Of a stretch of 64,000 nt of DNA, positions 52,838 to 62,822 are shown one piece after another. The stretch lies in the NCBI GenBank assembly GCA_977017575.1, contig CDRNVI010000016.1, forward strand, positions 456,165-520,164, in the 5' to 3' direction. This DNA comes from Paramoeba atlantica (lineage: Eukaryota; Protista; Discosea). The position numbers and the translations under genes were made by a program. The number at the start of each line of letters is the position of its first letter. The first letter of the stretch is position 1. Under the pieces are notes generated by a model. The model was not told the DNA's origin. It did not search any database and saw only the letters and a list, made by a program, of their open reading frames with translations.

Positions 52838-53431
52838 ATGATTCTATTATTTCAGTTCTTGCTGGCCGCAGTGCTTTGTACTGGTGTAAGCGCAAAGGAA
52901 AAGCGTTTTGATGCGGAGATTACGGACAAAGTTTTCCTTGACATACAGATTGGAGATCGACGTGTACGTCGTATCACCATCGGCCTCTTTGGAAAGGAGG
53001 TTCCAAAAACGGTAGAAAATTTCAAGCAGCTGTGTAATCATACTCAAGGCTATGGATATCGAAACTCCATTTTTCATCGCGTCATTAAAAAGTTTATGAT
53101 TCAAGGAGGTGATTTTACGCACAACGATGGTACTGGTGGATACTCTATATATGGAGAGAGCTTCAAGGATGAGAATTTCAACATAAGCCACTTTAAAGGT
53201 TGCCTGTCTATGGCGAATGCAGGAGCTAACACTAACGGGTCGCAGTTTATCATTGCCACGACGGAAACCTACTGGTTGAACGGGCAACACGTTGTATTTG
53301 GAAAGGTACTAGAAGGATTTGGGCTAGTGAAGGACATTGCTAGACTGAAAACTCTGCCTGGTGACCGACCCGAAGATGAAGACGCAAGGATCGTAGATTG
53401 TGGAATCCTGGAAGAAGGACTTCGTTCGTGA
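52838..53431 (+). CDS. Cyclophilin with signal peptide (CypB-like), paralogue 1
   Basis: [42 protein letters not shown]; signal MILLFQFLLAAVLCTGVSA. Confidence 0.95.
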   Translation: MILLFQFLLAAVLCTGVSAKEKRFDAEITDKVFLDIQIGDRRVRRITIGLFGKEVPKTVENFKQLCNHTQGYGYRNSIFHRVIKKFMIQGGDFTHNDGTGGYSIYGESFKDENFNISHFKGCLSMANAGANTNGSQFIIATTETYWLNGQHVVFGKVLEGFGLVKDIARLKTLPGDRPEDEDARIVDCGILEEGLRS

Positions 53432-53864
53432 GTTGTTGTCGAGTTCCCCTCATAATGAAAAGAATGATTTTCTCTGCGGATCTACCTCTCTATATTTTAA
53501 TGGACCTGAATCTGGTGTGCAAGTTCCAAAAATTGTAAATTTAAAGATATTCATAGTACATTACACTTGAAATATATTTGAATAAATTTTGCTAGGTTTA
53601 TACGGTAAAAACAAGGTGTCTTTGTTGCAACATTTGTCTTTGCAATTATGAATGAGTTGTTTACACCTTATACATGGGAGACCAAAAATCAACACTTGTC
53701 CCTACACTATCCCTCGCATTCATATTATCAACAGTACATACAGGTAAATCAGAGTACTTGTGCGTAGAACGTAGTGTAATTAAAGTGCAGTATGGGCACT
53801 TCTCTTGTTATCATTATGCTCTGCGTAAATCTCATCGTCTAGTCTTATTTCTTTAACTTGGACG

Positions 53865-54443
53865 ATGCTCAAATTTTATCTGTTATGTTTGTCTCTCATT
53901 TTGGGAGCTAGCCCTGCACGTACCGCCGAGAAGCGTACTGACGCTGAAGTAACGGACCGCGTATTTTTCAATGTTAAAGTAGGAGAAAAGGAACCAAAGA
54001 AAATTGTTATCGGTTTATTTGGAAAGGAGGTCCCGAAAACAACGGAGAATTTTAAGCAACTTGCGGCTGGAAGTCAAGGTTTCGGCTACAAAGGATCGGT
54101 CATTCACCGCGTAATCAAAGATTTTATGATTCAAGGGGGCGATTTTACCAATTTTGACGGCACAGGGGGGAAGTCCATCTACGGAGACAAATTCAAGGAC
54201 GAGAATTTTAATATCAGCCACTCACCCGGATGTTTGTCAATGGCCAACGCAGGCCCGAACACCAATGGATCCCAATTCTTCATTGCCACCGCAGAGACTT
54301 CCTGGTTAGATGGCCGACACGTCGTTTTCGGGAAAGTTGTCGAGGGTATGGATGTGGTTCGAGAAATTGAGGGCACGAAAACTGGACCTCGTGATAAGCC
54401 TAAACAGGAAATTCGAGTAGTTGAATCTGGAATAGTGGAGTAG
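53865..54443 (+). CDS. Cyclophilin with signal peptide (CypB-like), paralogue 2
   Basis: [42 protein letters not shown]; signal [15 protein letters not shown]. Confidence 0.95.
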   Translation: MLKFYLLCLSLILGASPARTAEKRTDAEVTDRVFFNVKVGEKEPKKIVIGLFGKEVPKTTENFKQLAAGSQGFGYKGSVIHRVIKDFMIQGGDFTNFDGTGGKSIYGDKFKDENFNISHSPGCLSMANAGPNTNGSQFFIATAETSWLDGRHVVFGKVVEGMDVVREIEGTKTGPRDKPKQEIRVVESGIVE

Positions 54444-54906
54444 AGACTGCTCGCCATGTGTTCTAAACAATGCAAGTGAGAAGCGTGTAGGTCGTAAAAG
54501 TGGCTTACCATGTATTATTCCCACTATACTATGCTACCATGTGGTATACACTATACCATTTACTATTAATACAACGTAACGTTTCTGTAATAAAAGTGTG
54601 AAATAGAGAAGCCACACAAAAAGGACGCATGAAAACAATTTAATTGGGAGTGCTCATAGTTAAGAAGTTTCTAGATTCTCTAGGAAGTCTAGACCCAGAT
54701 TTTTACAATTTTTGCTATCTTTAAAACACATTCGAACGATTTCTTGTTGTTTAACTTAGTGAACAGTCATTCCAAAGATATAGTCAGAAATCTAGTGAAC
54801 ACGTTTCGGGAATATTGCTTTACAGTCCAATTCGAGAAGAGTATTCTTTATGTTTGGAAAAAAATTTTATTTTCGAAACATTAGTTTTCTTTTGTGAAGC
54901 GCGTAC

Positions 54907-55713
54907 ATGATGCGAGCACGCTTTAGTATATCTAAAACATGCCTGAAGTCCATCAGTCGGCCTCGCACCATGGTTCGAAGTTTACTACACGTTAGTCGTC
55001 GACATGGCACCACTGCACATGCTTTGCCGCTTGCTCCCCCGTGTCCTCCTGCAGGCTACGAAGTGTTCCACACCCCAGGACATGATACCTTCCGACTGAG
55101 ATCTACAGGCCCTTTTGGGGAAGGTATTCATGTTTGTTGCACGTTGCCCACTGTAGACGCACGAAGAGTGCAGCCTTGCGACGTCGAAGCTCCAGTGAAA
55201 TGGAGTGCTGCTGTGTCCAAACCCCTCAATCCGGGCATTGCGCTTACCTGCTCCACCCTGGCGGAGGGTTTGCTGTGTATTGACAGTTTGTTTTTCGACA
55301 ACACTGAGGAGGAGAGAGAAGGTCCCGGTTGGGGTTACAACCCTATGCCCATAAATGACTCCACTCGTGCGTTTCACCGATCGACCTATCAAGGTCCGAT
55401 GTTGCACAACGGTCGTCTTGCCGCTCTCGCTACTGGGGTACCTGTCACGGATACAACGTACCCGCAGCGGCAAGCCCTGCGGAATGCGCAGAACCCTTAT
55501 CAAGGAACTCACACCCCCTTCACTCGATACGACCACATGCCCGTACACACGCTCGACCCGGACATATTTCAACTTGTTGCGGACTACTTAGCAGAGCTTG
55601 GCATTGGGGATCAATTGGCGGAGTTTGTTGCGAATTATGCAAGCTACGTCAAAATCAGTGAAGCGCAAACGTGGAGTGATAATTTGAGGGCTATTCTGGA
55701 CGCGGATGAGTAG
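54907..55713 (+). CDS. MAM33/p32 mitochondrial glycoprotein family protein
   Basis: YQGPML and C-terminal LDPDIFQLVADYLAELGIGDQLAEFVANY…EAQTWSDNL; presequence-like N-terminus. Confidence 0.8.
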   Translation: MMRARFSISKTCLKSISRPRTMVRSLLHVSRRHGTTAHALPLAPPCPPAGYEVFHTPGHDTFRLRSTGPFGEGIHVCCTLPTVDARRVQPCDVEAPVKWSAAVSKPLNPGIALTCSTLAEGLLCIDSLFFDNTEEEREGPGWGYNPMPINDSTRAFHRSTYQGPMLHNGRLAALATGVPVTDTTYPQRQALRNAQNPYQGTHTPFTRYDHMPVHTLDPDIFQLVADYLAELGIGDQLAEFVANYASYVKISEAQTWSDNLRAILDADE

Positions 55714-55858
55714 ATCGCCTTCCCTTGGAGGTGACCACCGTTTTGGAAAGTATTTTGGCATCTAATCATTTGATACAAATTTCAAGAACTTGATCAAATG
55801 AACATTTTTTTGTGAGAAATTTAGCTAACTTTTCACCAATATTTCCGATACATCTCTC

Positions 55859-57490
55859 ATGAATCCCAACGCGCTCAGTTTTCAACCTTCCTGGTGTCCA
55901 AAAAATGACACGAGCCCACAAGCGGACTCTACCCACCGTGAACGAAGCACTACCCCCCGTGTACGTAACGAAGAAGAAACCTCCCCTGCCGCTTCCTTTT
56001 GCCACACGGCCCCAATTATAGATTCAAATGCGACACCCGAGGAAGCGGCGCTTCACAATCTTTTCCTTACCCGGGAAGTGTCTGGGAGTTCGTTGCCGGA
56101 TTCCCCGACGAGTCCAGTCAGCAGTGCAAAGGCTAAAACCGTAAAACAGTACAAAAGAGACCCGAGGCCACATATCAATCTTGTGTTCTGCGGACATGTG
56201 GATGCGGGGAAGAGTACGTGTAGCGGACACATGCTATTTCTCACGGGAAATGTCGACGCGCGCTCGATGGAGAAGAACCGCCGAGATGCCGTGCAGAAGC
56301 ATCGGGATGGGTGGGAATTCGCCTACGTCATGGATGTCACGGAGGATGAGAGGGAGCGGGGCAAGACGCACGAGACCGGCTCGGCGTACTTTGAAACCCC
56401 CGCCAAGCGGTACACGATTCTAGATGCCCCCGGGCATAAATGTTTTGTGAGTTCAATGATTGGGGGCGCTAGTCAAGCGGATCTTGCGATCCTGGTTATC
56501 TCAAGTCGCCGCGGGGAATTTGAAACTGGGTTTGAGGGAAACGGACAGACACGTGAGCACGCACTTCTACTCAAGACATGTGGAGTCAAGTCCCTTGTGG
56601 TGGCGATTAACAAGTTAGATGACCCCAGCGTGAATTGGAGCTCGGAGCGCTATCATGAAATTCAATCCAAGCTTGTCCCTTTTTTGAAAACCGTGGGATA
56701 TAATGTTGGGAAGAATTGCGTCTTTATGCCAATTAGTGGGTTAAAGGGGTGGGGTTTAAAAGAACGAATTAATCCCGAACTCGTTTCTAGCTACTACAAT
56801 GGACCCTCCTTGTTGGAGTATCTAGACAATTTACCCGTTGTTTCTCGCGATGTCGAGGCAGGGGTGCGATTTCCTATTCAAGGGCGATACCGAGACGAGG
56901 GAAAGGTGGTAGTATACGGTAAACTTGAGTCTGGGAAAATTGTGAAGGGCGACACCTTGCTTCTGTTGCCTCTGAAAAGAGAGGTGGTGATTGAAGGCCT
57001 CACGGCGGGTGAATGCGATCTTGAGTTGGCTCTCTCCGGAGATTTTCTCCACATAAAGCTCCGGGGTGTTGAAGAAGACGAATTAAGAGCAGGTCACGTC
57101 CTATGTGAAGTCTCTCGACCACTTCGTGCCGTCTGGTATTTTCAAGCGCAGATCGTGCTGTCTGATAAATCGCTAATGTCGAATGGGTTTGAGTGTATGA
57201 TGCACGTTCACAGCATTGAATGCGAAGTTGTAGTAGACAAAATCTTAGCAAAAGTTGATAAGAAATCTTCGAAAGTTCTGGAGAAGCATCCTGGCTTCGT
57301 GCGGAATGGTGAGAGCATCATAGCACGCATGGAACTTGTGGCCGCCCCCATCGTTGTCGAGACCTACAAAGATTTCGAGAAAATGGGCCGTTTGAATTTG
57401 CGTGAGGAAGGACGGACGATCGCTTTCGGGGTCATTACAAAGCTGTACGAAACTCAAAAATCTATTACCGGTGTCGATGTTGCGAAATAA
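55859..57490 (+). CDS. ERF3: Eukaryotic release factor 3 (eRF3/Sup35/GSPT)
   Basis: GHVDAGKST, ERERGKTHE, DAPGH, NKLDDPSVNWS, GRLNLREEGRTIAFG; N-terminal PAM2-like MNPNALSFQP. Confidence 0.92.
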   Translation: MNPNALSFQPSWCPKNDTSPQADSTHRERSTTPRVRNEEETSPAASFCHTAPIIDSNATPEEAALHNLFLTREVSGSSLPDSPTSPVSSAKAKTVKQYKRDPRPHINLVFCGHVDAGKSTCSGHMLFLTGNVDARSMEKNRRDAVQKHRDGWEFAYVMDVTEDERERGKTHETGSAYFETPAKRYTILDAPGHKCFVSSMIGGASQADLAILVISSRRGEFETGFEGNGQTREHALLLKTCGVKSLVVAINKLDDPSVNWSSERYHEIQSKLVPFLKTVGYNVGKNCVFMPISGLKGWGLKERINPELVSSYYNGPSLLEYLDNLPVVSRDVEAGVRFPIQGRYRDEGKVVVYGKLESGKIVKGDTLLLLPLKREVVIEGLTAGECDLELALSGDFLHIKLRGVEEDELRAGHVLCEVSRPLRAVWYFQAQIVLSDKSLMSNGFECMMHVHSIECEVVVDKILAKVDKKSSKVLEKHPGFVRNGESIIARMELVAAPIVVETYKDFEKMGRLNLREEGRTIAFGVITKLYETQKSITGVDVAK

Positions 57491-57777
57491 TTTACGTTCT
57501 GATAAATTTACTTGCTCGTGTGTGTGATTGGGTTGATATGAGTCTCCTATGTACGAGACCATCGCACTTGGAAATACAACTTTGCATGTTTCTGCACTGT
57601 GTTCGATATTTGCATTATCATATTTCTTTTGGGATTTGAAAAACATATAAACACTCTTTTGTTGAACTCCTGTAGGAGTTGATGTTCGTAGCATATTACC
57701 TTACTCTGTTTGAATACAAAAGGTACGCTTCTATATTCACAAAAAGTAGCACAATATTTGAAATACCCATCGAAGGA

Positions 57778-58863
57778 ATGTGGTCTAATGCGCCAGGAAA
57801 AAATGCAACAAATGATATTCTTGAGCCATTGACTTGTCAAGTGCTCAAACAGCAAGACGATCATACCTCACGAAGTATCATCAAATTACTTGAAGATGAT
57901 CCAAATTTCCTGGAGCTTAGTCTTCAGGAAGGTAAAAACATCGTTGAGCGAGACAACTTAGACAATGACAAACTTGCAAGAGGTGTGGAACATGCCGTCA
58001 AAGCGAACGTGCTTGTGCCGATAACAAACGTAGAGCCAGTCACCGAAATACGTGTCTACGGAAAGAACTCCTCCCAAATTGTGGAAGAAATTTTACAAGG
58101 TCTTTCCCATATTAGTCACAACTTGCCTCTGGATCAGTCCAATGAAAAGGGTCGTATTATTCTTTTTCAAGGTCTCAGCGGGACAGGAAAAGGAACTACC
58201 GTGCGGCGTTTAGCCAGGCGTCTTTCCCGCGCTGTGACGTGGAGTAACGGAAATGTGTTTCGTGCGCTCACTTATTGTGTCTTGGATGAGCTACCCCAGG
58301 AAGAGCTGAACCAGGCTGCGAAGGACTCGAGATTGGTTGTGAACCCGAGCCTTCTGACCCACGACCTGGTACAGAGATGCATGAATCGGATTAGCCTTCT
58401 TCTGGAAGAGTCTGAAGACGTCTCCCCGAGATGTGATATTGTAATCTGTCCTCGAGAGGGATCAAAAGATGCGCCGCTTTATGTCAGTCAAATTGCGCAT
58501 ACAATACTACAGCGCCCCAGTATTGCACAAAACGTACCACTCGTGGCGGAACGCAGTCAGGGTGAAGTGGTGCAGTTCACTTCACAGTCAATGGAGAAGT
58601 TGTCGGAACTTAGGTGTCACGTTCTGGCAGAAGGACGCGCACAAACGCTGGACTACATCCGCACCCCATATCGTTTCGAGCTTGTCATGTTAGGCGAGGC
58701 AGACTCGACACCATCCATGGAGTGCCTGTTGGGACAGCGCCGCGCCGCGCAGCGTGTCATGGCGGCCACGTTTAAGTATTTAGAAGAGAATGGTCTGACA
58801 GAATGCTCACCGGAAGATGTTATTAAGAATCTTCACAAAGTGCTAAGCACTATGCTGTCCTAG
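57778..58863 (+). CDS. Cytidylate-kinase-like P-loop protein (start ATG 57778 or 57682)
   Basis: GLSGTGKGTT P-loop, WSNGNVFRALT (compare Cmk DTGAMYRA), LAEGRAQT. Confidence 0.75.
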   Translation: MWSNAPGKNATNDILEPLTCQVLKQQDDHTSRSIIKLLEDDPNFLELSLQEGKNIVERDNLDNDKLARGVEHAVKANVLVPITNVEPVTEIRVYGKNSSQIVEEILQGLSHISHNLPLDQSNEKGRIILFQGLSGTGKGTTVRRLARRLSRAVTWSNGNVFRALTYCVLDELPQEELNQAAKDSRLVVNPSLLTHDLVQRCMNRISLLLEESEDVSPRCDIVICPREGSKDAPLYVSQIAHTILQRPSIAQNVPLVAERSQGEVVQFTSQSMEKLSELRCHVLAEGRAQTLDYIRTPYRFELVMLGEADSTPSMECLLGQRRAAQRVMAATFKYLEENGLTECSPEDVIKNLHKVLSTMLS

Positions 58864-59364
58864 TAAAAGAGATCCAATAGCGTGTGAATAAGTAGAGTGT
58901 ATTTAATGTTCCTTGAAGTACCTATTATTTGTTTAATTGGGGACATAGAAGCGCTACCCGTTGAATGAAATGTGTCAGCGTAAAGTTTTTATCTTTATAC
59001 GAGTATATAACCTGACTACATTTTTAGTCAAGAGGATAACCTCTTTTTTTTGTTTCGCAGAAATTTTTAGCCATATACATAATGTATTAATAGCCGTATG
59101 AATAAAGAACCGTATTGATACGTTGAAAATTTAACTTAATTAGCTCATTCAACGTACAGTATATCTCTTGGAATTTTACAGACTGTTGGATGCTAATTCT
59201 CTGGAGAGGACAGTTTTTGTAGCGGTGAAATTGCTAAATACTCTTCTTTACTTTCAGGTTACAATGGTTTATTTCCATGCTCATGTTAAACGTTTACTAG
59301 AGCAAAATTCTTGAGCGAAAAAAAATTACTCAATTTTTTGGTGCGTGAAGTTAATTGGTAAGAA

Positions 59365-60042
59365 ATGGTCGAAGTGGAAATGCAGTCGAACGGGTGGGAA
59401 CATGACCTCGATATTGATCTTGACATGTCTTCTGGCACTAATCAAAGCAACTTAGAAGAGCAATTTGTCGCGCCTACGTTTGACAATGCCGAAATTAAAG
59501 TTTCGCATTTATTGAAACCTATGAATTCAAAGCACAATAACACAAATTCAGTAGGAGGAGGAAATCCAAAGTTAAGCCTCTCTGACTCTTTTAAGTCTAC
59601 ATGCCCGTATAAGTCACCTACTAAACGAATAAAAAATGTACGTTACGGTACTTCAGAGCAAAATTCTGACAAGGAACGTACCGAGGAATTTGCATTGGGC
59701 CACGCATTAATTAAGTTAAAGGAAACGTCCGCACGTATGAAAGATCGCATTCAGCTTGATACTGCCGCACTAACAGAGTCTGAAAGTTTGTTGCGTAAAA
59801 ATTTGTTAAATACCGCCCAGCAAGCCGATCAGTTAGGAAAACGATCAGGATATTCAGTTGGTGCGGATATTTCATCCCATCAACCAAGTAACTGGTTGGC
59901 CAAACGATTTTCTTCAATTATTTCTCCCTTACAAATTTACACGAACATTATATCATACGTCTGGAATTGTGTAGCGTCTGCTGCACTAATTCTCTTAGCA
60001 TGCTCCACTTTGTGGATCATTTTTTACATACCTAAGTCTTAG
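59365..60042 (+). CDS. Tail-anchored SNARE, USE1-like
   Basis: Heptad region LKETSARMKDRIQLDTAAL…LRKNLLNTAQQADQL; C-terminal TM ending FYIPKS. Confidence 0.55.
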   Translation: MVEVEMQSNGWEHDLDIDLDMSSGTNQSNLEEQFVAPTFDNAEIKVSHLLKPMNSKHNNTNSVGGGNPKLSLSDSFKSTCPYKSPTKRIKNVRYGTSEQNSDKERTEEFALGHALIKLKETSARMKDRIQLDTAALTESESLLRKNLLNTAQQADQLGKRSGYSVGADISSHQPSNWLAKRFSSIISPLQIYTNIISYVWNCVASAALILLACSTLWIIFYIPKS

Positions 60043-60368
60043 CTTACGGTTCAGTAGATTCTACGGGATCGCCTACCCCCTATTTCCTCTTCCTTTGGCT
60101 CGCCACCCCCGTACGTGTAACGTCCAGTACGGACCCCAGTAATTTTTGGCTGATCTGTCGATATGATTTCACGTTCCACTACCAAAGACGAAAGTTCAGT
60201 ATTTTCTTTGCGAATGACTAAAATACAGCGAATAGAGGTTTCCGCAAACACCATTCCGGAGACATGCGACACTTAGTCTTGGTGCACAAACCCCACAGAA
60301 CTAAACAGTCGCTCACAACTTGTCCCAAGTTCAACTATTAACTTTTCCTTGCCGTATAATTAGTTATA

Positions 60369-61282
60369 AACCCCCCACAGTGAATAAGTTACCCCCCTCT
60401 TTTTTTGTACAACGAGGCTTAGGGGGGTTGCGGCACCACTTTTTCGTTCAAAATTTTGAGATCTGCACGTTCCCGCTGTTTTTAGACCTCTTTAGAGATA
60501 ACAAATCAAAACTCATTTTTTTAATGACGTTTTTACATAGTCATGCCAATATTACCCGAAAAATCTCGTGTTCCTCGACCAGGGGGGGAGAAGGGGGTCA
60601 ACATGAAAATGGTGTCACAGATCTTCGCTAGGGGAACGAGATCTCTCGATTGCAACAAAAATGATGAAAAACAGATAACAAACATTCAATTTGTCACGTG
60701 GTGCAATATTTGTCTTTGATTGGTTCTTTCTTGAAACGGTGATAAATCAAGTTTTTTAAGCTGTCCCCTTTACTTTTTGCTTGAAGGGGCCTAAGGACGT
60801 TGAGATATCATTTTCTCGTTCAAAATTCTGATATCTACACGTTCCCACCATTTTTAGATCATTTTAGAAACTGAAAAAAAAAATACTTTTAGGTTCTATT
60901 TTTTTGCATCGTCATACCACACCAATTTAAGAAAACAAACACTCCGCGGCCAGGGGGCACAATATTAAAAAATGGCGGCAAAGATCTTTGCTAGGAGAAC
61001 GAGGTCTCTCGTTTGCAACAAAAATCAGCAAAAACGGACAAAAATAATTGAATTTCTCATGGGAGGAGAAGATTTATTTTGTTAAAGTGTGAGAAATTGG
61101 TCTCTTGAAAAATGTGAAGAAAGTGATAATACATCCATCGGATGCACGCATTTGAGAGTCTTGGTTCCATGTTATAACGCGCAAAGTCTTTGTGTTGGGA
61201 ACAGCAAAATGCAACAGAAATGAGCTCAAACGGACGATTGGCTGAAAAGTTAGAGGGGGGTGACTTTTCGCTGTGGGGGGTT
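60369..61282. mobile_element. Non-autonomous TA-flanked element with about 33-bp TIRs and an internal diverged duplication
   Basis: TAAACCCCCCACAGTGAATAAGTTACCCCCCTCT (60367-60400) versus the reverse complement of 61252-61284, TAAACCCCCCACAGCGAAAAGTCACCCCCCTCT (31/34). 60440-60690 resembles 60810-61060. Confidence 0.8.
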
Positions 61283-61509
61283 TAATATATAAATTCTATA
61301 TAAATTCTTAGTTACAACTAGTTGTGGGGGGAGTAATTTAGTGAGTTTGCATTAAAGTTAGCAGTTTATTCACTTTCATGCACTTTTTAGTATTCACCTG
61401 CATAGTTTTTGTCTACATGTACATGGAAATTTGTGCGGTAACCACGCAGATATTGTAATCCGTGAATTCAAAATTTAAACTAAGCTACGCCGAATGAAGA
61501 GTAAATTCC

Positions 61510-62625
61510 ATGGAGGTACGAATAGATGAAACACTACCTGTTTCCTTTTTTGAGATTTTAAAAGCTGCGTTTCGTTCCGCTCCTGAACGTTCTCAACCTC
61601 CGGTCGACTGCGCCTTCACGACCGAACATTCAGAAAATAAGTCTTCGAAGCGTCAAAACAGAAAGAAGTGCACCGAAGAGGTCATCGTTTCCCGTTGTTT
61701 TCTTCCAGTAACTCATTCAATCTGTTGGCCATTGGATACTGGAGTCACGGCGTATATCATTGACGAGTCTCTCTTATTTAGTTCAAAATCGGGGACGAAA
61801 TTGACCGCGAGCCGCACATTTGATCCTGCAGGATTTTTTAAAGCATCCTTCGACCCTCTCTATCCTTTTCGATACTGTATTCTTGTACGGAGCTCGTCAC
61901 GTCCACCGTCTTCTGCACTTTTTGGTACATGCTTCAACACGGAATCCGTAAATGTGGGAAAGTCCACTAAAATAAAGCCATCTTTCATTTACACCGAAGT
62001 GCTTTCTTCCTTGTTAGAAAATGTTTTATCTATACACGAGAGTTCTCAGGACGATATGAATCATCGAGCACAGTTTGCAGCATCTCCCTTTTGTTTGCTA
62101 TGTGCTTCGAACGAGGCTAGCGTAGTCAATCACATTGTTTCAATAACGCATTATCTGCAACGTCTTAAGACAAAGCCACACACTTCATATTATGGAAAAC
62201 GACGCAAACAACGAAAGACAGCACAAGTAGAGGTAGACGATATCGTTCCGGGAAACGCGGATTCACTGATTGACACCAACGCAGAAGTTACAGAAAGCGT
62301 ATTCATTCCTCAAATTCATCCCACGGGAAGGATTCGCACGAGTGACTGTGAAGTATACCATCGAATGTTATGCGAAATTCCGCAAATAAACGAAAAGCGC
62401 GCCCAAGCGATTCGGCGAGTCTATCCTTCTTTAGTAAGTCTTCTAAATGCGTACGAATATTGCGTTACGGAAACAGGACGTCGAACGATGTTGCAGAATC
62501 TGTTGCAGTCACACGATGGATCCGTCCTGGGTGGTTCTACAGTAACTAACAAAAGTGTTCAAATGTTTTCACAAATTTTAATGTTTTTATATTTTACAAA
62601 AGAGATGCAGAGGATAATGCAGTAG
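61510..62625 (+). CDS. EME1/Mms4-like subunit of the MUS81 structure-specific nuclease
   Basis: C-terminal HhH-type YHRMLCEIPQINEKRAQAIRRVYPSLVSLLNAYEYC…RRTMLQNL; no ERKxxxD catalytic motif seen. Confidence 0.6.
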   Translation: MEVRIDETLPVSFFEILKAAFRSAPERSQPPVDCAFTTEHSENKSSKRQNRKKCTEEVIVSRCFLPVTHSICWPLDTGVTAYIIDESLLFSSKSGTKLTASRTFDPAGFFKASFDPLYPFRYCILVRSSSRPPSSALFGTCFNTESVNVGKSTKIKPSFIYTEVLSSLLENVLSIHESSQDDMNHRAQFAASPFCLLCASNEASVVNHIVSITHYLQRLKTKPHTSYYGKRRKQRKTAQVEVDDIVPGNADSLIDTNAEVTESVFIPQIHPTGRIRTSDCEVYHRMLCEIPQINEKRAQAIRRVYPSLVSLLNAYEYCVTETGRRTMLQNLLQSHDGSVLGGSTVTNKSVQMFSQILMFLYFTKEMQRIMQ

Positions 62626-62822
62626 TATATTACAGTAGTGTAGGCTGGAGTAGTGCTTACATTCCCACGTACTTAGACTTCATCAACGATCTTACAATAA
62701 AAAACTATGAAAGATATAATGCGATCCCAACACTTGAACACTTTTTTCACTTTTTTGAGATTATTTTTTTTTGACCAAAACTTTGCCTTACTTCACCCTT
62801 ACCAAACCAAAATGACCAAAAC

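Noticed and set aside
9365-57490. Functional cluster of RNA-processing genes (PUS10, CPSF160, PRP17, RRP44, Puf6-like, PAP, eRF3)
   Set aside because: They are interspersed with unrelated genes, such genes are a large share of a reduced genome, and polycistronic clusters of this type are generally not functional operons.
57245-57864. Minus-strand ORFs of 149 aa and 105 aa over the eRF3 3' end
   Set aside because: Antisense shadows of + strand genes with no recognisable domain.
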